A stretch of 64,000 bases of DNA from an uncultured Alphaproteobacteria bacterium (GCA_963841995.1 CAWJEX010000011.1:67105-131104), one strand, 5' to 3'; shown: positions 21,712-36,447, counted from the stretch's first letter. The notes: generated from the sequence alone by a model not told the origin. Translations and numbers: made by a program.

Positions 21712-21742
21712 TATAATACGTCGAAAATCTTGCGATTTTCGA
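21712..21742 (+). promoter_or_regulatory. Putative -10 box followed by a 9-bp inverted repeat upstream of rhodanese-dnaA
   Basis: TATAAT 21712-21717; tcgaaaatc-ttgc-gattttcga 21721-21742. Confidence 0.45.
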
Positions 21743-21908
21743 TGCTCCGGGTTCGGGCGTAAATTTCCGAAAAGAACTTTCCTTCTCTCACGCGAAACGG
21801 GCGGGGTTTCGATTTTCGTGGCGGGGCAAACGTGTTGCGTTATGGGACGGACACGAACTGGTTTGTTTGCTCGCGTCGCGGGCCACGGGCTCAAAGGGAG
21901 GCGCGGGC

Positions 21909-22334
21909 GTGACGGGGGGACAATACGCAGGCGATCTCGCTCCCAAAGAAGCCTGGGAGTTGCTCGCCTCTGATCCCAAAGCAATGTTGGTGGATTGCCG
22001 CACGCTTCCGGAATGGATGTTCGTCGGCGTCCCGGATTTGCGGCCGCTCGGCAAGAAGCCGATCTTTGCGGCCTGGCAGATTTTCCCGGCGATGCAGCCC
22101 AATCCCGCCTTCGCCGAGCAGGTGCGGGCGGGGGGCGCGCGCGAAGAGACGCCGCTTCTTTTCATTTGCCGCTCCGGCAACCGATCGAAGGCGGCGGCGA
22201 TGGCCTTGAGCGCGCTCGGATTCAAGCGCTGCTACAACGTCGCCGAAGGGTTTGAAGGTCCGACCGACGATCGAGGGCATCGAGGTGCCGCCGGCGGGTG
22301 GAAACACGCCGATCTACCCTGGACGCAGGAATAG
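21909..22334 (+). CDS. Single-domain rhodanese (sulfurtransferase)
   Basis: YAGDLAPKEAW, VDCRTLPEW, active loop CRSGNRS, YNVAEGFEG; GTG 21909 has a GGGAGG RBS. Confidence 0.92.
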   Translation: MTGGQYAGDLAPKEAWELLASDPKAMLVDCRTLPEWMFVGVPDLRPLGKKPIFAAWQIFPAMQPNPAFAEQVRAGGAREETPLLFICRSGNRSKAAAMALSALGFKRCYNVAEGFEGPTDDRGHRGAAGGWKHADLPWTQE

Positions 22335-22337
22335 CGG

Positions 22338-23732
22338 ATGACCGTCGGCCACAACAATGCTGGATTGGGAGCCGAATGGGCGCGTGTGCGCGGCCAGCTT
22401 CGCCAGGAATTCGGCGAAGATGCCTTCCGCAGCTGGCTGAAGCCTCTCACCTTGATCGGCGCCAGCAACGGCGAAATTCGCATTTCGGCGCCGACCCGGT
22501 TCGTCCGCGACTGGATTGTCGATCACTATGTGGATCGCATCCAGGCGCTCTGGCGCGAAGAGAATCCGGCGATTCGAGCCATTGCCATCCAGGTCGATCC
22601 GGGGCGAGCGACCAAGACCGAAACTTCGTCGGAGTCCGCGCCCGCCGCGACTTTTCCGTCGATGTCGCGCCGCGTTCCCGCCAACGATGGTACGGAAGAG
22701 CGTGACGACTTCAGCGCGCCGCTCGATCCGCGACTCACATTTTCCAATTTCGTCGTCGGAAAACCGAACGAGCTTGCGTTTGCCGCGGCGCGGCGCGTCG
22801 CCGAAAGCGAAAGCGTTTCGTTCAATCCCTTATTCCTTTATGGCAGCACCGGACTTGGCAAAACCCATCTCATGCACGCCATTGCCTGGCATATCCGGGA
22901 ACGGGACCCCAAGCGCCGCGTATTCTACATGTCGGCCGAGAAATTCATGTACCGGTTCATCCGGGCGCTGCGTTTCAAGGACACCATGGCGTTTAAGGAG
23001 CAATTCCGGTCCGTCGACGTGCTGATGATCGACGACATTCAGTTCATCAGCGGCAAAGAGACGACGCAGGAAGAATTTTTCCACACTTTCAATGCCTTGG
23101 TCGATCAGAACCATCAAATTGTCGTTTCCGCCGACAAATCGCCGGTGGACTTGGAGCAACTTGAAGAACGCCTGCGCTCGCGGCTTGGCTGGGGTTTGGT
23201 CGCCGACATTCACCCCACCACCTATGAGCTTCGTCTGGGGATCCTTCAATCCAAGGCCGAGCAGATGAAAATCGAAATCCCCTCCAAGGTGCTCGAATTC
23301 CTGGCGCATAAGATCAGCTCGAACGTGCGCGAGCTCGAAGGCGCGCTGAATCGCATCGTCGCCCATGCCACCTTGGTCGGCCGACCGGTGACCTTGGAAA
23401 CGACCCAGGAAGTCCTGCATGACCTGCTGCGGGCCTCCGACCGGCGGGTCACGATCGAGGAAATCCAGAAGAGGGTGGCCGAGCATTACCGCATCCGCAC
23501 TTCGGACATGCATTCGGCCCGCCGCGCCCGGGCGGTTGCCCGGCCCCGCCAGGTCGCCATGTACCTGTCCAAGCAGCTCACCTCCCGCTCGCTGCCGGAA
23601 ATCGGCCGCAAATTCGGCGGCCGCGACCACACCACGGTCATGTATGCGGTCCAGAAGATCGAGGAGTTGCGGGCGACCGATTCCGGCCTGGCCGAGGACA
23701 TCGACCTTTTACGCCGGATGCTGGAGGGCTGA
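22338..23732 (+). CDS. dnaA: Chromosomal replication initiator DnaA
   Basis: NPLFLYGSTGLGKTHL, IDDIQF, QEEFFHTFN, RPRQVAMYL, GGRDHTTV. Confidence 0.99.
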   Translation: MTVGHNNAGLGAEWARVRGQLRQEFGEDAFRSWLKPLTLIGASNGEIRISAPTRFVRDWIVDHYVDRIQALWREENPAIRAIAIQVDPGRATKTETSSESAPAATFPSMSRRVPANDGTEERDDFSAPLDPRLTFSNFVVGKPNELAFAAARRVAESESVSFNPLFLYGSTGLGKTHLMHAIAWHIRERDPKRRVFYMSAEKFMYRFIRALRFKDTMAFKEQFRSVDVLMIDDIQFISGKETTQEEFFHTFNALVDQNHQIVVSADKSPVDLEQLEERLRSRLGWGLVADIHPTTYELRLGILQSKAEQMKIEIPSKVLEFLAHKISSNVRELEGALNRIVAHATLVGRPVTLETTQEVLHDLLRASDRRVTIEEIQKRVAEHYRIRTSDMHSARRARAVARPRQVAMYLSKQLTSRSLPEIGRKFGGRDHTTVMYAVQKIEELRATDSGLAEDIDLLRRMLEG

Positions 23733-23772
23733 AAAAGCCCGTCTTTGTTGGGGGTCTCCGGCCCCCTTATCC

Positions 23773-23832
23773 GAGACCCGCTCCCAGGCCTGCTCCGAGG
23801 CCCGCTCCAAGACCCGATTTTAGGCCCGGAAA
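23773..23832. repeat. Degenerate 12-bp tandem repeat, 5 units, in the dnaA-dnaN spacer
   Basis: gagacccgctcc / caggcctgctcc / gaggcccgctcc / aagacccgattt / taggcccggaaa. Confidence 0.65.
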
Positions 23833-23900
23833 ACCGCCCTTTTTCGGGGCAAGGAGAGCTCGGTTTTTCAGCCGAAAAAACTTCGGATTTCAACCGCTTC

Positions 23901-23909
23901 TGCTATAAT
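23901..23909 (+). promoter_or_regulatory. Extended -10 promoter for dnaN
   Basis: TGcTATAAT followed by an A-rich run, about 115 nt upstream of dnaN. Confidence 0.55.
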
Positions 23910-24025
23910 AAATAAACCCGCCGAAAGGGCTGATAAGGCCCCCTGTGGCGAGGTGCCCGGACGGGGTTCAAAAGCCCCTCGATCCGGGCCTTCTTCGGGG
24001 CCGTCTTGCAGCCACTTAAACGCGC

Positions 24026-25140
24026 ATGAAGTTCACCATCGAACGCGCCGCACTTCTCAAGTCGCTCGCCCATGCCCAAAGTGTCGTCGAGCGCCGCACC
24101 ACGATCCCGATTTTGGCCAATGTGATGTTGAGCGCCGCTGGCGACGCCCTGTCGTTGACGGCGACCGACATGGATATCGCCATTGTCGAGAAGACTCCGG
24201 CGACCATCCGCGCCAAAGGCACGACCACCGCGCCCGCGCACACGCTGTACGAGATCGTGCGCAAATTGCCCGAAGGTGCCGAGGTCGAAATCGCATTGGG
24301 CGAGGAAGGGGCGCGGCTCGCGATCAAATCCGGGCGCTCGCGATTCACGTTGGCGTCGCTGCCGCCGGAAGAATTTCCGATGATGACCGGCGGCGAGTTT
24401 CCGCATCGTTTCGTCTTGCCGGCGGCAGAGCTCCGTACGCTCATTGATCGATCGAGCTTCGCCATTTCCACCGAAGAGACGCGCTATTACCTGAACGGCA
24501 TTTATTTACACGTGACTGAAAGCGGCAAGGTGCCGGTCTTGCGTGCGGTGGCAACCGATGGCCACCGGCTTGCCCGGGTCGAAATGGCACGGCCCCAGGG
24601 CGCTTCGGGCATGCCGGGTGTCATTGTTCCGCGCAAAACGGTCCAGGAATTGCGGCGGCTTCTCGAGGATCTCGACGCTGAAGTCTCGATTAGCCTATCG
24701 GACACCAAGATTCGCTTCGCTTTCGACGACGTCGAGCTGACCTCGAAACTGATCGACGGCACCTTCCCCGATTATCAGCGGGTGATTCCCGAGGCCAACG
24801 ACAAAGTGATGGACGTCGGCTGCAAGGAATTCGCCGAGGCGGTTGATCGCGTCTCGACGATTTCCACTGAGAAATCGCGAGCGGTAAAAGTCGAGCTCAG
24901 GGACGGGACGTTGAAGCTTTCTGCCACCAGTCCGGAGAACGGTACCGCGACCGAAGAGCTCGGGGTGAGCTATTCCGGAAGCGTGCTCGAAATCGGGTTC
25001 AACTCGCGATATCTCCTCGACATCACGCGCCAGATCGAGGGCGAGACCGCCCGGTTCGCGATGGCCGATGCGGCGTCGCCAACGGTGGTCCGGGATGTCG
25101 CCGACGCGAGCGCGCTTTATGTCCTGATGCCGATGCGGGT

Positions 25141-25144
<4 letters not shown>
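24026..25144 (+). CDS. dnaN: DNA polymerase III beta sliding clamp
   Basis: TIPILANV, ATDGHRLA, KLIDGTFPDY, C-terminal VLMPMRV. Confidence 0.99.
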
Positions 25145-28806
<3,662 letters not shown>

Positions 28807-28973
28807 CCGCGCTCTGGCGTGGCGGTCTCGCCAACAGGGAATGCGCGTGACGCATTTTTCACACGCATCGCCGCCTTGAATCCCGCTTATAAGCGGCAGG
28901 ATGCCCGCTATATTTTACGTCGATCTCGCTTGCGCCTTGATTTGCCCGAGGCTCCCGTCTCATCATGTCCTCT

Positions 28974-29005
28974 CTCGTCAGCTCGTCAGCTCGTCAGCTC
29001 GTCAG
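28974..29005. repeat. 8-bp tandem repeat, 4 perfect copies (ctcgtcag)
   Basis: Intergenic between gyrB and PBP1A. Confidence 0.9.
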
Positions 29006-29086
29006 CCTCGTCGCGATTGTGAATGGGTGTTGCGCCTGTTCGAGTTGTCCGTGGCAGGAATAAAGTCAGACCCCAGATAACAAGAA

Positions 29087-31142
29087 ATGACTCAAAGCTC
29101 CCCCGAGAAAGGCCAAGACGGCCGAAAGAGCAGCGGCCGCAAACCGGAGGCGCCTAAAGCCCGGCGCCGGGCGCGCCACTCGCTGGTCGGAACGCTGTTT
29201 TTCTGGGGCGCGATCGCCGCCGTCTGGGGGGTCGTGTTCGCCGTCGGCGTGGTGGCTTATTACGCCCAGGATCTCCCCGATATCAATACCCTGGCCACCC
29301 CGGCCCGGCAGCCGAGCATCACGGTTCTGGCCGCCGACGGATCGACAATCGCCACCATCGGCAATCAATACGGCGAATATGTCGATGTCAAAAACATGCC
29401 GAAATATCTTCCCGAAGCGGTGGTCGCCACCGAGGACCGGCGTTTCTATCAGCATTTCGGCGTGGATTTTCGCGGACTGGCCCGGGCCGTCGTCGCCAAT
29501 TTGCGGGCCGGCGAAATCGTGCAAGGCGGCAGCACCATCACGCAACAGCTGGCCAAGAATTTTTTCTTGAGTTCCGGAACGCACCCTCAAACGCAAAATT
29601 CAAGAATCGCTGCTGGCGCTCTGGCTTGAGCATCGTTTCACCAAGGATCAAATCCTCACCATCTATCTCAATCGTGTTTACCTGGGCGCCGGTTCTTATG
29701 GTGTCGATGCCGCGGCGCGGCGCTATTTCAATAAATCCGCGCGGGACGTGACTCTTTATGAGTCGGCGGTACTCGCCGGACTTTTGAAAGCCCCGTCGCG
29801 CTTTGCTCCCACCCATGCCACCGATCTCACCGAGGCGCGCACGGAACAGGTTCTCAATCGCATGGTCGACACCCATTTCATCACGGCGGCGGAGGCGAAA
29901 AAAGCGAGCGCTGGGGGCGCCGCCTATGCCAAGAACGACGGGACCGATTCCGGCACGCGCTATTTCGTCGATTGGATCGTCGACCAGACCGACAGCTTTA
30001 CCGGCGGAATCAATCGCGATCTCGTGGTGAAAACGAGTCTCGATCCGAAATTACAGCGGATTGCCGAAGCGAAAGTGAAAGACACCCTCGGCGGCGCCGC
30101 CAAGGATGCCGGAGTCAGCGAAGGGGCGATGGTCGTTCTCACCCCCGATGGCGCCGTCAAGGCGATGGTCGGCGGCCGCGACTACGGCACCAGCCAATTC
30201 AATCGGGTGACTCAAGCCCTGAGGCAACCCGGTTCGTCGTTCAAATTGTTCGTCTATCTCGCGGCCCTCGAATCGGGGATGCATCCCTTCGACACGGTTC
30301 TCGATGCGCCGATCTCAATTCGCAATTGGAGCCCGGGGAATTTCGACGACAAATACGCCGGCGAAATCACGCTGACCCAAGCGTTGTCGGAATCGCGGAA
30401 TACCGCGGCGGTGCGCATCGCCCAGCGCGTCGGCGTGCCGCATATTATCGAGATGGCGCAGCGTCTCGGCATTACGTCGAGCCTACAGCCCAATCTCTCG
30501 ATAGCACTGGGAACGAGCGAGGTAACGCTGGTCGAACTGACCTCCGCCTATGCCACGCTCGCCAATGACGGGATCGGCGTCTGGTCTTATGGCATCACCG
30601 AGATTCGCGATTGGCAGGGTCAGGTGCTCTATCGGCGCAGCGGATCGGGACCCGGGCGTCTGCTCGACAAACCCGTGGTCGCGGAAATCGTGCCCATGCT
30701 CGAACGCGTGATTACCGACGGCACCGGCAAGGCCGCGGCAATCGATCGCCCAGCGGCCGGCAAGACCGGCACCAGCCAAGGGTTCCGCGACGCCTGGTTC
30801 ATCGGCTACAACACCGACCTCATTGCCGGGATTTGGATGGGCAACGACAACGAGGCGCCGATGCAACATGTGACCGGCGGCCGCGTCCCGGCAAAGCTGT
30901 GGCACGATTTCATGATCGAGGCTTTGGCGGGTATGCCTGCGCGGCCGCTACCGGGATTGGAGGCGCCGCCCGCGCAGGAATTGCCGCAAGCGCCTATGGC
31001 GCGAGCCGCACCACCCGCAGCAGAGCAAGCGTCCGCAACGGAGCCGATGAGCCCCGAGCAGGCGGCGGCCTACGACCATCTGCATCGCAATCCGGGGGCC
31101 GGATTCTGGGATCAGGTGATGCAAAACATCGGGATCCGCTAG
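29087..31142 (+). CDS. Class A penicillin-binding protein (PBP1A family), extra base near 29573
   Basis: Transglycosylase EDRRFY.H.GVD and GGSTITQQLAKN; removing one T restores FLSPERTLKRKIQE; transpeptidase SSFK, SRN, KTGT. Confidence 0.92.
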
Positions 31143-31155
31143 GAAACGGATCGGT

Positions 31156-32490
31156 TTAGAGAGCCCGGTCCACCAAATGAACGAAGGAGCCGAGGACCCG
31201 GCCGGCGATAATCCCGGCGGGGGCTATTTGCGCGCCGGACAAATCGCGGCAACGGAACAGCGGTGTACCGGGACCTTCGCTTAAGGTCGTCGCGTAATGA
31301 AATTCATGGCCCCGGAAACGAGCGCCCGCCGCGCCGAGCGGCGATTCCCGGGCGGTCTCAATTTCGCGATAGCCGAGATGAAGCTTCCGCCGGGCGAAAG
31401 ACGTTTCCAGCGGGAGCAAGCCCGCCATTTCATGACGGTTGCCCGACGCGTCCTCGAGCCCAACGCCTAGAACCATATAGCCGCCGCATTCGCCGTAAAT
31501 CGCGGCGCCGCGACCGGCGGCCTCGTGCAAACCGGGAAGCGCCGGCGATTGGGCGATTGTGCCGGCATGAAGTTCGGGATAGCCGCCGGGAAGATAGATG
31601 GCGTCGCAGGACGAATCGGGACACTCGCCCGCTAGCGGCGAAAAAAACGAAATTTCCGCACCCTGTTGACGCCAACCAGCAATCGTCGCCTCATAGCAGA
31701 ATGCAAAAGCGTCATCGCGGGCGATTGCCATCTTCTGGCCGAGCGCCCGCAGCGGCGCGTGACGGGCATTTCCTGGGTTGAGGCGTGCCGGCATCGCGAG
31801 CGACAATAATTTTTCCAGATCGACGCAGGCCGAAACAACCGCGCTTGCATGATCGAGGAGGGCTTCGAGACCGGCGATCTCCCGCGCTTGAACGAGCCCA
31901 AGATGCCGCTCCGGGGTCGCCAAGTTTTGATCGCGGGGAATAAATCCGAGTAGGGGAATTTCGGGACAGCGTCGCGCCATGGCATCTTTGATTGCGGCTT
32001 CATGGGGCGCGCTGGCCACCCGATTGAAGATGACGCCCGCAACCGAAACGTCATGGCGGTGATGGGCGAAGCCTTGAATAAGAGCCGCCGTCGAAGCACC
32101 TTGGCCGCGCACGTCGACGACGAGAACGACCGGCCAGCCGGTCATTGCCGCCAGATCGGCGGTCGAGCAGCCGTAACCGCCGTCGAACAGCCCCATGACG
32201 CCTTCGCAGAGAATAATTTCGGCGTTCGCGCCGGCAATGAGAGCGGCGACGGTCTCGCTCCGCATCGCCCAGGGATCGAGATTGAAACAGGGCTTGCCGC
32301 AGGCCGCCGCGTGAAAGGCGGGGTCGATGTAATCGGGGCCCGCCTTGGCGCCCGCAACGCCGCGCTTCATAAGGGCGCGCAAACAACCCAGCGTCAACAC
32401 GGTCTTGCCGGAGCCGCTGGCCGGTGCAGCGACGATCAAGCCGCGGGGGCTCATGGGCTGATTCACGAGCGGGTTCATCGGCGCGCTCAC
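31156..32490 (-). CDS. cobB: Cobyrinate a,c-diamide synthase
   Basis: PASGSGKT, GPDYIDP, EGVMGLFDG, ERHLGL, GGYPELH, ECGG, GHEFHY. Confidence 0.96.
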   Translation of the reverse strand: MSAPMNPLVNQPMSPRGLIVAAPASGSGKTVLTLGCLRALMKRGVAGAKAGPDYIDPAFHAAACGKPCFNLDPWAMRSETVAALIAGANAEIILCEGVMGLFDGGYGCSTADLAAMTGWPVVLVVDVRGQGASTAALIQGFAHHRHDVSVAGVIFNRVASAPHEAAIKDAMARRCPEIPLLGFIPRDQNLATPERHLGLVQAREIAGLEALLDHASAVVSACVDLEKLLSLAMPARLNPGNARHAPLRALGQKMAIARDDAFAFCYEATIAGWRQQGAEISFFSPLAGECPDSSCDAIYLPGGYPELHAGTIAQSPALPGLHEAAGRGAAIYGECGGYMVLGVGLEDASGNRHEMAGLLPLETSFARRKLHLGYREIETARESPLGAAGARFRGHEFHYATTLSEGPGTPLFRCRDLSGAQIAPAGIIAGRVLGSFVHLVDRAL

Positions 32491-33089
32491 AGAAATTTGG
32501 CGATCCCGGCGGCCATGTCTTGCGGGTTCACATCCGGGCTGAAATGGGTGAGATAATGGCCGTCGCGGTCCATCAGATAAATGAGCGATGTGTGATCCAT
32601 GGAATAGCCGCCGCCGGATTCTTCATGCTTTGCGAAATAGACACGATAGGCTTTCGCCGCCGCGGCGATGTCGGCGGGCGCACCGGAGAGGGCGACAAGC
32701 CGCGGCGAAAAGCGGGCGGCGTATTCTTTCATCTTCGCCACGCTGTCCCGTTCGGGATCGATCGTGATGAAAAGAGGCACGACGGATTGACCCTTGTCGC
32801 CCAGCGCCGTGAGCGCGCTGCTCATGTTCTGAAGAGTGAGGGGACAGACATCGGGGCAGGACGTATACCCAAAATAGACGAGCATGAGCGAGCCGCGGAA
32901 GTCGGCGTCGCTGCGCTTCTTTCCGTCTTGATCGATCAGCGAAAACGGCCCGCCGATCGCGACCGTGGTTTCATTGTTCGGAGAGCTCGGGCCGCGCGTT
33001 CCGAAATAGACCAGGAGGAAGGCCGCTGCGGCGACGGCGGCGAGACCGAGAATGAGGGAACGAAGATCCGGCCTGCTCGGGCGCGTCAT
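32487..33089 (-). CDS. SCO1/SenC copper chaperone
   Basis: N-terminal TM helix, FGYTSCPDVCP, ITIDPERD, YSMDH. Confidence 0.95.
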   Translation of the reverse strand: MTRPSRPDLRSLILGLAAVAAAAFLLVYFGTRGPSSPNNETTVAIGGPFSLIDQDGKKRSDADFRGSLMLVYFGYTSCPDVCPLTLQNMSSALTALGDKGQSVVPLFITIDPERDSVAKMKEYAARFSPRLVALSGAPADIAAAAKAYRVYFAKHEESGGGYSMDHTSLIYLMDRDGHYLTHFSPDVNPQDMAAGIAKFL

Positions 33090-33095
33090 GGCGCG

Positions 33096-33395
33096 CTATT
33101 CGTCTTGATCGGGGCCGAGAGAAAATCCCTTGGCCTGCATGCAATCGCTAAAGATATCCGCTTGGCGCGCCGCGCCATTGGCATTGATGCTGGAATAGCG
33201 CTCGCCCTGCGACGTCATGGTCCGTTGCGACGGATACGCACCGTCGAGAAAGTCATAGCCCTGGGATTCGCTGACGCAGCCCTGGCGCGCCATTTCAAGC
33301 TCGCCCGAACCCGCCCCTTCTTTGTTCCAGCCGTAACGGGATTCACAGGCGACAAGCGCCAACGCCAGCAGCAAAAGCGTTCCCTTGCGAATCAT
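33096..33395 (-). CDS. Small lipoprotein of unknown function (99 aa)
   Basis: MIRKGTLLLLALALVAC lipobox; two further Cys (GCVSE, DCMQAKGF); true start at 33395 within the longer track ORF. Confidence 0.75.
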   Translation of the reverse strand: MIRKGTLLLLALALVACESRYGWNKEGAGSGELEMARQGCVSESQGYDFLDGAYPSQRTMTSQGERYSSINANGAARQADIFSDCMQAKGFSLGPDQDE

Positions 33396-33433
33396 CGTTT
33401 TCCCGTTCGGGCCTTCCCTAAATTCCGGATTCT

Positions 33434-33544
33434 CTAATTGAGAGGATCGGGATCGCGGAATTCGTCGTGCTCCAACCACATCGCATTCAATATGGCAAAG
33501 CAGCAGGCCAATCCCAAGCCCAGAATCCAGCTGAAGTACCACAT
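33434..33544 (-). CDS. cydX: Cytochrome bd oxidase small subunit CydX (36 aa; missing from the ORF track)
   Basis: Translated by hand: MWYFSWILGLGLACCFAILNAMWLEHDEFRDPDPLN; directly after cydB, with a GAGG RBS. Confidence 0.95.
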   Translation of the reverse strand: MWYFSWILGLGLACCFAILNAMWLEHDEFRDPDPLN

Positions 33545-33559
33545 ATCTTCTTCCTCGCC

Positions 33560-34762
33560 TCAATAAATGCTTTCGTGATCTTTCATGTATTGGAGTGTGA
33601 CTTTTCCGCGCATCACGCGGAAGACGAAGCTCGTATAAACCAGAATGAGTGGCATAAATATGGCGGTCGCAATAAGCATGATGAACAGCGTCAGCTGGCT
33701 CGACGACGCGTCCCAAACCGTCAAACTGCTGTTGGGATCGAGCGAGGACGGCATCAGGAACGGAAACATGGCAAGACCCACGGTGCCGATGATGCCGGCG
33801 AGACCGATGCTGCTGGCGATCATCCCAAGGCGCCCGCGCGTATAGCGCGCGAGATGAGGAGCGGCGATGGCGCTCAAGGATCCGATAACGGGAAACGTGA
33901 GCTCCCAGACGTTGCCCAGGATGCTCCCGGAAGAGACTTCCTTCTGATATTCCCAAGCCGCGCCGGCAAAATTGCCGAGCCAGGCCTGCGGCAGGCGCTC
34001 CACGGTTTTTAGAAGCGGATTGCTGGGTCCGTTGGGATCGATGCCGCCGGTGACGACATAGCCGTCAACTCCAAAGAGGATGAAAAACGCGCCGGCGGCG
34101 AACAGGATGACGGTCACGACGCTGGCGATAGCCGCGATCTGTACGGCCCTCTTCTGAATGACGCCGTCCGTTTTCATGCAAAGGTAAACCCCGCCATGCA
34201 TGATAAACATGGAGACGCTCAAGATGCCGCACAGGATGGTGAACGCGCTGAAGAGATCGAAGAAACCGCCTTCATAGACGATGCGCAGCAATTCGTCGAA
34301 GCGGAAGGGAACCCCCCGAAGAAGGTTCCCGAAAGCAACACCGAAGACGAAAGCCGGAATGATGCCGGCGGCAACCAGCGCCCAATCCCACGCTTCGCGC
34401 CAAACCGGATTTTCGATCTTATTGCGGAATCCAAAACCGACCGGGCGCAGAATGAGAGCCGCAAGCGCCAGGAACATGGCGATGTAAAATCCCGAGAACG
34501 CCACGGCGTAGAGCAGCGGCCAGGCGGCAAAGGCCGCTCCCGCTCCCAAGATCAGCCAAACCTGATTGCCTTCCCATACCGGCTCGATCGTTTCCAGGAC
34601 GACGCGGCGCTCAAGATCGCGCACCGCCACGAGCGGCAAGATCGCGGCCACGCCGAGATCGAAGCCGTCCATGATTGCGAATCCGATGAGAAGAATGCCC
34701 AGGATCGCCCACCAAAGGATGCGCAAAGTCTCGTAGTCGAGGAACATAACTTTTTCCATCAC
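33560..34762 (-). CDS. cydB: Cytochrome bd ubiquinol oxidase subunit II
   Basis: [30 protein letters not shown]. Confidence 0.98.
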   Translation of the reverse strand: MMEKVMFLDYETLRILWWAILGILLIGFAIMDGFDLGVAAILPLVAVRDLERRVVLETIEPVWEGNQVWLILGAGAAFAAWPLLYAVAFSGFYIAMFLALAALILRPVGFGFRNKIENPVWREAWDWALVAAGIIPAFVFGVAFGNLLRGVPFRFDELLRIVYEGGFFDLFSAFTILCGILSVSMFIMHGGVYLCMKTDGVIQKRAVQIAAIASVVTVILFAAGAFFILFGVDGYVVTGGIDPNGPSNPLLKTVERLPQAWLGNFAGAAWEYQKEVSSGSILGNVWELTFPVIGSLSAIAAPHLARYTRGRLGMIASSIGLAGIIGTVGLAMFPFLMPSSLDPNSSLTVWDASSSQLTLFIMLIATAIFMPLILVYTSFVFRVMRGKVTLQYMKDHESIY

Positions 34763-36447
34763 GACGCTCCGCTGGGTTTCGAGGGCGGCTTCGGCGGTTG
34801 GGGTCCTGGCGGTTGCTGGGGCGGCCGTTGGAGCGGCTGCGATTTCGGACCGCCGCCCGGCGTGGCCATTTTCAATTGAATGCCGGGCCCTGCCGGCCCT
34901 CCGGCAGGACCGGGTTTTTCACGGAGCTTCGCAACGCCGTCCGGGCCGAGACGGATGTATTTGCCGAGAAGGTAAACGTCGACCGCGGCGAGCGTCGAAT
35001 AGAACAGCACGAATCCGACGATCGAGAACGCGACTTGCCCGGCGGAGATACTCGAAACCGAAAGAAAGGTCGGCAGCACGCCGTCGATGGTCCAAGGTTG
35101 ACGGCCGTGTTCGGCGACGATCCAGCCGAGTTCCGCCGCTAGCCAGGGGAAGGGGAGGCTGTACAGGGCGAACCGCAACAGCACAGCGTTTTGGAATCGC
35201 CGTCGCGACGCGAAATAAAATGCGATGACGAACAGCGCGATGAAATAGAAGCCAAATCCCGCCATGAACCGGAACGACCAGAACAAGACTCCGACATCGG
35301 GCACGGTGTCATTGGCGGCCTTGGCAATCTGTTCGTCGGTGGCGTCCGTCACTTTCGCAGTGTAGCGTTTCAGCAGCAGCGCATAGCCCAGATCCGCCCG
35401 GTGCTCTTCGAAGGCTCTCCGCGCGTCCTCGTCATTGCGATTGGCGTGGAGCTTCGATAGCGCGTCATAGGCCGTCATTCCGCTGACGATTCGGGCCTTG
35501 GCGCGATCCACGAGTTCGTTGATGCCGGGAACCGGAGTATCGAAGGACCGTGTCGCAATGATTCCCAGCGGCCAGGGAATTCGAATTGCCATATGGGTTT
35601 CCCGCGTCTCGCGATCCGGGATTCCAAAAACCGAAAAATCGGCAGGGGCCAATTCGGTGTCCCACATCGCCTCGATGGCCGCCAATTTCATTTTCTGATC
35701 TTCCGATGCGGTGTAGCCGCTTTCATCGCCGAGCACGACGACCGAAAGCACCGACGCGAGACCGAAGCTTGCGGCAACCGTGAAGGACCGCCGGGCAAAA
35801 TCGATATTGCGCCTTCGCAACAAATAATAGCTGCTCACGGCGAGCACGAAGATCGCCCCGGTGACATAGCCGGCGCTAACCGTGTGCACGAACTTCGACT
35901 GGGCAACAGGATTGAAGAACACCTCGTAGAACGAGGTGAGTTCCATGCGGAGCGTATCGATATTGAATTTTGCGCCGATCGGATTCTGCATCCAGGCATT
36001 GGCGACCAGAATCCACAGTGCGGAAAAATTCGAGCCCAGCGCCACCAGCCAAGTAACGGCGAGATGGCCGGTCTTGCTCATCCGGTTCCAGCCGAAAAAG
36101 AAGAGCCCGATGAACGTGGCTTCCAAGAAGAATGCCATCAGCCCTTCGATGGCGAGGAGCGAGCCGAATATGTCGCCGACATATTGGGAGTAATAGGCCC
36201 AATTCGTCCCGAACTGGAATTCCATGGTGATGCCGGTCGCAACCCCCATGGCGAAGTTGATGCCGAAGAGCAGGCCCCAGAATTTCGTCATGGTCCGCCA
36301 GATTTCGCGGCCGGTCATGACATAGACGCTCTCCATGATCGCGAGCAGAACCGACAACCCGAGCGTCAGCGGCACGAAGAGAAAATGGTAAAGCGCGGTC
36401 AGCGCGAATTGGAGGCGGGAAAGTTCGACGACATCCATTCCGATCAC
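34759..36447 (-). CDS. cydA: Cytochrome bd ubiquinol oxidase subunit I (long Q-loop, Pro-rich tail)
   Basis: [45 protein letters not shown]. Confidence 0.98.
   Translation of the reverse strand: MIGMDVVELSRLQFALTALYHFLFVPLTLGLSVLLAIMESVYVMTGREIWRTMTKFWGLLFGINFAMGVATGITMEFQFGTNWAYYSQYVGDIFGSLLAIEGLMAFFLEATFIGLFFFGWNRMSKTGHLAVTWLVALGSNFSALWILVANAWMQNPIGAKFNIDTLRMELTSFYEVFFNPVAQSKFVHTVSAGYVTGAIFVLAVSSYYLLRRRNIDFARRSFTVAASFGLASVLSVVVLGDESGYTASEDQKMKLAAIEAMWDTELAPADFSVFGIPDRETRETHMAIRIPWPLGIIATRSFDTPVPGINELVDRAKARIVSGMTAYDALSKLHANRNDEDARRAFEEHRADLGYALLLKRYTAKVTDATDEQIAKAANDTVPDVGVLFWSFRFMAGFGFYFIALFVIAFYFASRRRFQNAVLLRFALYSLPFPWLAAELGWIVAEHGRQPWTIDGVLPTFLSVSSISAGQVAFSIVGFVLFYSTLAAVDVYLLGKYIRLGPDGVAKLREKPGPAGGPAGPGIQLKMATPGGGPKSQPLQRPPQQPPGPQPPKPPSKPSGAS

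Noticed and set aside
21424-24025. oriC near dnaA
   Set aside because: No clustered DnaA boxes seen; alphaproteobacterial origins are usually unlinked to dnaA
33396-33956. 286-aa ORF extension upstream of the lipoprotein
   Set aside because: Overlaps cydB and cydX out of frame; the lipoprotein signal begins at 33395
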